Shown: one piece after another, positions 16,231 through 21,879 of the stretch | Numbering within the stretch: position 1 is the first letter of the stretch | How the letters are laid out: every line of letters starts with the position of its first letter | Origin: Candidatus Fermentibacteraceae bacterium | GTDB lineage: Bacteria; Fermentibacterota; Fermentibacteria; Fermentibacterales; JCC-6 | Assembly (NCBI GenBank): GCA_041686025.1 | Contig: JAWLEP010000041.1 | Coordinates: forward strand, 1-21,879 | DNA: 21,879 nucleotides | Direction: 5' to 3' | Translations under genes and position numbers: made by a program | Notes under the pieces: model-generated | The model's database searches: none | The model's input: the letters and a program-made list of their open reading frames with translations, nothing else | What the model was told of the DNA's origin: nothing

Positions 16231-17892
16231 ATGCCGAAGATAGAGGTGGACGGGGGAGACCTGCAGAGGCTCTCGCGTCTGGAGGAGCTCGACCCCGCGG
16301 ACCTGGAGCGGCGACTGGCCGTCATGAAGGGCGAGCTGGACGGCTGGGAGGACGCCACGGTGAAGATCGAGCTCAACGACACCAACCGCCCCGACCTGTG
16401 GTGCGTGGAGGGGGTGGCCCGGGCCCTCCGCTGCGCCGAGAGCGGCCCCGAGCCCCATCTGCAGGACCTTCCCCCGCCCGCCGGCACCATGGAGGTGGAC
16501 CCGGAGATGGAGGGCATCCGCCCCTACATCGCCGTGTTCCGCTGCCGCGGCTGGGCACCGGACCGGCAGGGCCTGGACGCGCTGATAGCCACCCAGGAGA
16601 AGCTCACCGAGGCCTTCGGCCGCTCCCGGAGCACCGCCGCGGTAGGCTTCCACCGCGCCGACCTGATAGGGTTCCCCGCCCGCTACGCCGCGGTTTCTCC
16701 CGACAGCACCATGGTGCCGCTGGGGTACCACCGGGAGATGACCCTGGCGGATGTGCTGGAGCACACCGAGAAGGGCCGGCTGTACGGCCCGCTCCTGGAG
16801 GGAATGCGGCGCTACCCGGCACTGGTGGACTCGGAGGGGGCCGTGTTCTCCTTCCCGCCGGTGCTCAACAGCCAGGTCACCGGCCAGGTGCGCCCCGGCG
16901 ACGCCGACCTGTTCTGCGACGTCACCGGCACCGACTGGCACACCGTACAGCTCACCGCCTCCATACTGGCCTGCAACCTGGAGGACAGGGGGGCGGAGAT
17001 AATGCCCATGGAGGTGGCCTACCCCTACGACACCCCCGGCGGCCGCAGAACGGTCTGCCCCCTGGTCTACGCCGACAGCCTGGAGATCAGACTGGCCGAG
17101 CTGGAGCGCCTCCTGGGCGCCCCGGTGGGAGAGGCCGGCGTCCTGGACGCCCTGGGGAAGATGGACTACCCCGAGAGGCGGCTGGAGGACGGCGTCCTCA
17201 GGGGTACCCTCCCCCCGTACCGCCACGACGGCATACACCCGGTGGACATGGTGGAGGACGTGGCCATCGGCGTGGGCTACGACCACTTCGCCCCGGTGCT
17301 CCCAGGGGACTACACCGTGGGCCGGCCGGCGCCGGAGGAGGACCTCTCCGACGCCCTGCGGGCCGTACTGATGGGCGCCGGCTGCGAGGAGGTGCTCCGA
17401 CCGGTGCTGGGCAGCGCCGAGCGGCTGTCCTGCGGCCTCGATGACCGCAGCCCCGTCCGGCTGGCCAACCCCATGACGCTGGAGTACGGAGCGGTCCGGG
17501 ACAGCCTGCTCCCCGGCCTGCTGAACGTGGAGGGCGTCAGCGGCCGGGCCGCCTACCCCCACCGCCTCTTCGAGGTGGGGGAGGTCCTGAGGCGGGGCCC
17601 GGAGGGACGGGTCATCACCTCCATCAGCGTGGCGGTGATGGTCTGCGGCAACAGCGTGGACCTGGGCGACGCCCATTCGCTGCTGGGGGCCCTGTGCCAC
17701 CGCAGGGGGCTGGACCTCACTCTGCGCGAGGCGGAGGACGGCCGCTTCATCCCCGGCAGGTGCGCCACCGTGCTGATGGGAGACAGCCCCGCCGGAGTCC
17801 TGGGCGAGGTCCACCCCCGGGTCCTGGAAGTCTGGGGGATAGAGAGGCCGGCCTCGGCCTTCGAGCTGGACCTGGACGCCCTGGGCGACTGA
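16231..17892 (+). CDS. pheT: Phenylalanine--tRNA ligase beta subunit, short archaeal type
   Basis: 553 aa; MPKIEV start, KIELNDTNRPDLWCVEGVARAL, B3/4 FSFPPVLNS, B5 PPYRHD..HPVDMVEDVAIG.GY, B6-7 LANPMT.EY..VRDSLLPGLL...GEVHP.VL..W; ends AFELDL without a bacterial B8 domain. Confidence 0.95.
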   Translation: MPKIEVDGGDLQRLSRLEELDPADLERRLAVMKGELDGWEDATVKIELNDTNRPDLWCVEGVARALRCAESGPEPHLQDLPPPAGTMEVDPEMEGIRPYIAVFRCRGWAPDRQGLDALIATQEKLTEAFGRSRSTAAVGFHRADLIGFPARYAAVSPDSTMVPLGYHREMTLADVLEHTEKGRLYGPLLEGMRRYPALVDSEGAVFSFPPVLNSQVTGQVRPGDADLFCDVTGTDWHTVQLTASILACNLEDRGAEIMPMEVAYPYDTPGGRRTVCPLVYADSLEIRLAELERLLGAPVGEAGVLDALGKMDYPERRLEDGVLRGTLPPYRHDGIHPVDMVEDVAIGVGYDHFAPVLPGDYTVGRPAPEEDLSDALRAVLMGAGCEEVLRPVLGSAERLSCGLDDRSPVRLANPMTLEYGAVRDSLLPGLLNVEGVSGRAAYPHRLFEVGEVLRRGPEGRVITSISVAVMVCGNSVDLGDAHSLLGALCHRRGLDLTLREAEDGRFIPGRCATVLMGDSPAGVLGEVHPRVLEVWGIERPASAFELDLDALGD

Positions 17893-17893
17893 G

Positions 17894-19897
17894 GTGGGCG
17901 AGCTCTTCGGCCTCAGCTCCGACTACCGGCCGGCCGGGCACCAGCCCCGGGCCATAGACTCCCTCTGCGACGGCATCCGGTCGGGAATGGAATGGCAGAC
18001 CCTCCTGGGGGTCACGGGCTCGGGCAAGACCTTCACCATGGCCCACGTGGTGGAGAGGCTGGAGCGCCCCACGCTGGTGGTCAGCCACAACAAGACCCTG
18101 GCGGCCCAGCTCTACAGCGAGCTCCGGGGGCTGTTTCCCGAGGCGGCGGTGGAGTACTTCGTCAGCTACTACGACTACTACCAGCCGGAGGCGTACCTGC
18201 CCACCACCGACACCTACATAGAGAAGGACGCCGACCTCAACGAGGAGCTGGACCGGCTGCGGCTGCGGGCCACCACCTCGCTGCTCTCCCGCCGTGACGT
18301 TATCGTGGTGGCTTCGGTAAGCTGCATCTACGGCCTGGGCAACCCCAAGACGTTCCGCTCCATCTGCGCGTCGGTGGAGGCCGGGGCCCGTATGGCCCCC
18401 GCCCAGCTGATGGAGCAGCTGGTCTCCATGCAGTACGAGCGCAACGACATTGCGCTGACCCGGGGCCGTTTCCGGGTCCGCGGCGACGTGGTGGACGTGG
18501 TCCCCGCCTACTCCGACAGGGGCGTCAGGGTGGAGTTCTTCGGCGACGAGGTGGAGGCGGTGTCGGTGATCGACCATCTCACCGGCGAGGTCCAGAAACA
18601 CCTGGACAGCATACTGATATACCCGGCCAAGCACTTCGTCCTGGGCGACCGGGACCTCAGCCTGGCCATGGGCCGAATAGAGGCCGAGCTCGACCGGCAG
18701 CTGCTGCACCTCCGGGCCCACGGCAAGCTCCTGGAGGCGCAGAGGCTGGAGTCCCGCACCACCTACGACCTGGAGCTCCTGTCCGAGACCGGCTACTGCT
18801 CCGGCATAGAGAACTACAGCCGCCACCTCTCCGGCCGGGATGAGGGTGAGCGGCCCGCCTGCCTCCTGGACTACTTCCCCGACGACATGCTGGTCTTCAT
18901 AGACGAGTCGCACCGGACCATACCCCAGATACGGGGCATGTACAGGGGAGACCGAGCCCGCAAGGAGACCCTGGTGGAGCACGGTTTCCGCCTGCCCTCG
19001 GCCCTGGACAACCGCCCCCTCTACCTGGAGGAGTTCGTGGAGGTCACCGGCCAGAAGGTCTGCATGAGCGCCACCCCGGCCCAGTTCGAGCTGCAGGCCG
19101 CCGGGCAGGTTGTGGAGCAGATAGTGCGGCCCACCGGGCTGGTGGACCCCCGGATAGAGGTAAGCCCGGCGCGGACGCAGATCGACGACCTGGTAGAGCG
19201 CACCAGGTCGGCGGTGGAGGGAGGGGGCCGGGTCCTGGTGACCACCCTCACCAAGAGGATGGCCGAGGAGCTCACCGACTACCTCTCCGACGCCGGCTTC
19301 CGGGTGCGGTACATACACAGCGAGATAGACGCCCTGGAGAGGGTGTCCATACTACGCGAGCTGCGCCTGGCCGAGTTCGACGTGCTGGTGGGCGTCAACC
19401 TCCTGCGGGAGGGCCTGGACCTCCCGGAGGTGGAGCTGGTGGCCATACTGGACGCGGACAAGGAGGGATTCCTGCGCTCCCGCACCAGCCTGATACAGAC
19501 CGCCGGAAGGGCCGCCCGGAACATGGCGGGCACGGTGGTGCTCTACGCCGACACCGTCACGGACTCCATGCGCTCGGCCATGGATGAGACCGCCCGGCGC
19601 CGGGAGATACAGCTGGAGTTCAACCGCAGGAACGGAATCGAGCCCAGGAGCATTGTAAAGACCAGGGAGGAGGTGATGCGCAGCACCAGCATCGCCGATA
19701 TATTCGGCAAGTCCTCCCGCGTCTCCGGGGAGAAGCTGGACCTTCCAGCCGACCCCGTGAGGGCGGCGGAGATCCTGGAACGGGCCATGATGGAGGCGGC
19801 GGACAGGCTGGATTTCGAGACCGCCGCCGTATACCGCGACAGGATGCGCAGAATACTGGATGATGGAGGGTCCTCCGGCGGCCGTCACAGGGGTTGA
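17894..19897 (+). CDS. uvrB: Excinuclease ABC subunit B
   Basis: PAGHQP, LLGVTGSGKTFTMA, HNKTLAAQLY, YFVSYYDYYQPEAY, CSGIENYSRH, DESH, GFRLPSALDNRPL, NLLREGLDLPEV, LIQTAGRAARN; C-terminal UVR motif MMEAADRLDFETAAVYRD. GTG start. Confidence 0.98.
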   Translation: MGELFGLSSDYRPAGHQPRAIDSLCDGIRSGMEWQTLLGVTGSGKTFTMAHVVERLERPTLVVSHNKTLAAQLYSELRGLFPEAAVEYFVSYYDYYQPEAYLPTTDTYIEKDADLNEELDRLRLRATTSLLSRRDVIVVASVSCIYGLGNPKTFRSICASVEAGARMAPAQLMEQLVSMQYERNDIALTRGRFRVRGDVVDVVPAYSDRGVRVEFFGDEVEAVSVIDHLTGEVQKHLDSILIYPAKHFVLGDRDLSLAMGRIEAELDRQLLHLRAHGKLLEAQRLESRTTYDLELLSETGYCSGIENYSRHLSGRDEGERPACLLDYFPDDMLVFIDESHRTIPQIRGMYRGDRARKETLVEHGFRLPSALDNRPLYLEEFVEVTGQKVCMSATPAQFELQAAGQVVEQIVRPTGLVDPRIEVSPARTQIDDLVERTRSAVEGGGRVLVTTLTKRMAEELTDYLSDAGFRVRYIHSEIDALERVSILRELRLAEFDVLVGVNLLREGLDLPEVELVAILDADKEGFLRSRTSLIQTAGRAARNMAGTVVLYADTVTDSMRSAMDETARRREIQLEFNRRNGIEPRSIVKTREEVMRSTSIADIFGKSSRVSGEKLDLPADPVRAAEILERAMMEAADRLDFETAAVYRDRMRRILDDGGSSGGRHRG

Positions 19898-19922
19898 CAG
19901 CTTATGGGGGCCCGGGCATACT
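19894..19922 (+). promoter_or_regulatory. Sigma70-type promoter for the first TWG-tail gene, overlapping the uvrB stop codon
   Basis: TTGACA (19894-19899, containing the uvrB TGA), 17 nt spacer, CATACT (19917-19922); AAGGAG RBS before ATG 19961. Confidence 0.75.
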
Positions 19923-19960
19923 TGCTTCGAGTAAGGGGAAACTCAGGAAAGGAGAACTGA

Positions 19961-20587
19961 ATGATGAGGGTTTTGGCTGTTCTTGCTCTTGTCGCCGCAG
20001 CGGCCTTCGCAGCCGACGTGGCCAGGGTCGACGTCCCCGGCGGAAGCGCCCCCTCGGATGACGACCTGACTTACTTCGATGGAACCAGCTGGTGGCTCAC
20101 ATGGGGTGGCCTCTACAGGGGCACCTGGTTCAACACCGAGGACTTCTACGGTGCAGCGGAGAGCTTCGTTCTCGAGGAGAGCGAGATGTGGTTCTACCAC
20201 CACTCTTCGTATCCCTGGGACACATCTGACGTCTACTTCGAGGTCTACAACGGCGACCAGAGCGCTCCCGTGGACGAGCTGGACCAGACCCAGACAACCG
20301 CTACGCACTACAGCCCCACAACGGTGACTTACGATCCCACGGTAGGCACGGAGGCCAACTTCTGGGTCATAGCCAACACCGAGCTCTCCAGTGGCGGATG
20401 GCCGGCAATCCTGGGTGACAACACCCCCAGCGATGTCAGCCACTCCTTCTTCTCCGACGACTTCATCGTCTGGGAGCCCTGGATAATCCAGGGGCCGAAC
20501 TCCAACGACTACGAGATCTACGCCACGGGCGTGCCCGAAGAGGCGTTCGACAGCGCTACATGGGGTTCCATCAAGACTCTCTACTAG
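19961..20587 (+). CDS. Secreted acidic Trp/Tyr-rich protein, paralogue 1, with C-terminal SATWGSIKTLY tail
   Basis: Signal peptide MMRVLAVLALVAAAAFA; strong RBS; high identity to the next two ORFs (TYFDGT.WWL.W.G.YRGTWFN, WFYHH.S.PWDTS, GGWP). Confidence 0.9.
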   Translation: MMRVLAVLALVAAAAFAADVARVDVPGGSAPSDDDLTYFDGTSWWLTWGGLYRGTWFNTEDFYGAAESFVLEESEMWFYHHSSYPWDTSDVYFEVYNGDQSAPVDELDQTQTTATHYSPTTVTYDPTVGTEANFWVIANTELSSGGWPAILGDNTPSDVSHSFFSDDFIVWEPWIIQGPNSNDYEIYATGVPEEAFDSATWGSIKTLY

Positions 20588-20609
20588 CGCAGCAAGAGCA
20601 TCGAGTAAG

Positions 20610-20640
20610 GGGGCGCCGGCTTGCCGGCGCCCCTTCTTGT
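20610..20640 (+). terminator. Intrinsic terminator between paralogues 1 and 2
   Basis: GGGGCGCCGG-CTTG-CCGGCGCCCC (perfect 10-bp stem, CUUG tetraloop) followed by TTCTTGT. Confidence 0.8.
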
Positions 20641-20651
20641 ATGGGGGCACA

Positions 20652-21293
20652 ATGAGGTCTATCGTGTGCATTTCAGTTGCCCTTATGGTAATTTCAGGTA
20701 GCCTTGCAGCAGGCAACATCCGGATACCCGAGGCGGGTGGCTGGACTCCCCCGGTAGACGGTATGACCTACTTCGACGGCACTCCGTGGTGGCTCTCCTG
20801 GGACGGCCTCTACCGCGGGACGTGGTTCAACGCGGCCGAATTCTACGGATATCCCACCAGTTACGCTATTCAGGAGAGCGAGATGTGGTTTTACCACCAC
20901 TCCTCCTACCCCTGGGACACCTCCGAGGTATGGTTCCACGTATACAATGGCGATCAGATGGCTCCCGTGGATGAGCTGAGCTGCATCCTGACCACCGCCG
21001 CTCACTGCAGCGCAGTCGAGGTTGTATACGACCCTGCCATCTGCTGCGAGCAGAACTTCTGGGTGATCGCCAACACCGAGATGTCCGAGGGCGGCTGGCC
21101 GAGCCTCATCGGGGACAACACGGCAAACTATTGGGGCGAGGACCATTCCTTCTACAGCGACGACTTCATCGTCTGGGAGCCTTGGCCCCTGGAGGGCCCA
21201 GTTTCAAATGACTACTGGATGGCCACAGAGCCCGAGCCCTGGAATCCGGGATTCGAGAGCGCAACATGGGGTGCGGTGAAGACGCTCTACTGA
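20652..21293 (+). CDS. Secreted acidic Trp/Tyr-rich protein, paralogue 2, with C-terminal SATWGAVKTLY tail
   Basis: In-frame ATG 20652 after GGGGG; signal peptide MRSIVCISVALMVISGSLA; colinear with paralogue 1. Confidence 0.88.
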   Translation: MRSIVCISVALMVISGSLAAGNIRIPEAGGWTPPVDGMTYFDGTPWWLSWDGLYRGTWFNAAEFYGYPTSYAIQESEMWFYHHSSYPWDTSEVWFHVYNGDQMAPVDELSCILTTAAHCSAVEVVYDPAICCEQNFWVIANTEMSEGGWPSLIGDNTANYWGEDHSFYSDDFIVWEPWPLEGPVSNDYWMATEPEPWNPGFESATWGAVKTLY

Positions 21294-21418
21294 CGCAGCC
21301 GGCGCCAGGCGAGGACGGAGCTGCGCTGCAGGAAATCCCGGCCACTTCCCGGGAACAGCAAGATTCAATATTATGAAGTAAAGTGCCGCCTTTAGCGCCC
21401 ATGTAAGGAGCATTCAAA

Positions 21419-21879
21419 ATGAAGACAACAAGCATGGCCATTGCGATACTGCTCACGGCCGCCGCATTCGTCTCCGCGGGCAACGTGGCGATTCCCGACC
21501 CTGTCGAAACCGCGCCCTCTGACGATGAACTCACCTACTTCGACGGCACCTCCTGGTGGCTGTCCTGGGACGGCACCTACCGCGGCACCTGGTTCAACTC
21601 GGCGGATTTCTATGGCGGCCCATACAATGTGTTGATAAACGCGAGTGAGCTCTGGTTCTACCACCACCCCAGCTGCCCGTGGGACACGTCCGAGTACTTC
21701 TTCGAGCTGCACAACGGCCCCCAGTCCGGGCCTAACTACGAGCTCTTTCGGGTGCAGTGCACGGCCCTCCACTGCGCGCCCAGCGAACCAGAATACGACG
21801 ACTGCTATACATGTGAACCGCAGTTCTGGCTGGTGGCGAGCACCGAGCTCTCCAGCGGCGGCTGGCCCAGCATCCTGGG
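21419..21879 (+). CDS. Paralogue 3 of the same family (truncated by window end; absent from the ORF track)
   Basis: TAAGGAG RBS (21404-21410), ATG 21419; manual translation MKTTSMAIAILLTAAAFVSAGNVAIPDPVETAPSDDELTYFDGTSWWLSWDGTYRGTWFNSADFYGG...WFYHHPSCPWDTS...TELSSGGWPSIL, open to the window edge. Confidence 0.88.
   Translation, partial: MKTTSMAIAILLTAAAFVSAGNVAIPDPVETAPSDDELTYFDGTSWWLSWDGTYRGTWFNSADFYGGPYNVLINASELWFYHHPSCPWDTSEYFFELHNGPQSGPNYELFRVQCTALHCAPSEPEYDDCYTCEPQFWLVASTELSSGGWPSIL

Noticed and set aside
19961..21879. Diversity-generating retroelement acting on the paralogues (Tyr/Cys swaps can arise by A-to-G)
   Set aside because: Differences occur at all four bases and include indels; no reverse transcriptase or TR/VR pair in the window.

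Overview
High-GC bacterial chromosomal window. All supportable genes are on the + strand; the many long antisense ORFs are codon-bias shadows. Gene order: recG; a TPR/TM/PEGA/TonB-C envelope protein; hsp20; lon; a LecA/PA-IL-like lipoprotein; then, after a sigma70-like promoter, a TsaP-like LysM protein, a protein with three L7/L12-CTD(ClpS)-like domains, xerD and an orphan ORF whose 3' end begins a 4 x ~25 bp tandem repeat; a secreted PPC-repeat metacaspase with a zinc-ribbon insert; archaeal/spirochaete-type pheS-pheT; uvrB; and a tandem array of at least three paralogous secreted, acidic, Trp-rich proteins (the third is cut by the window edge and missing from the ORF track). Both complete paralogues end in (A/G)F(D/E)SATWG(S/A)(I/V)KTLY-stop, which holds the only lysine in each protein. 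This tail is the best candidate for an undescribed system: a putative C-terminal sorting/anchoring signal. The envelope genes suggest a diderm host, and the tail suggests an FCB-related candidate phylum such as Fermentibacterota (inference from recall, not verified). No rRNA, tRNA, CRISPR array or transposase was recognised. All domain calls were made by eye, without database searches.
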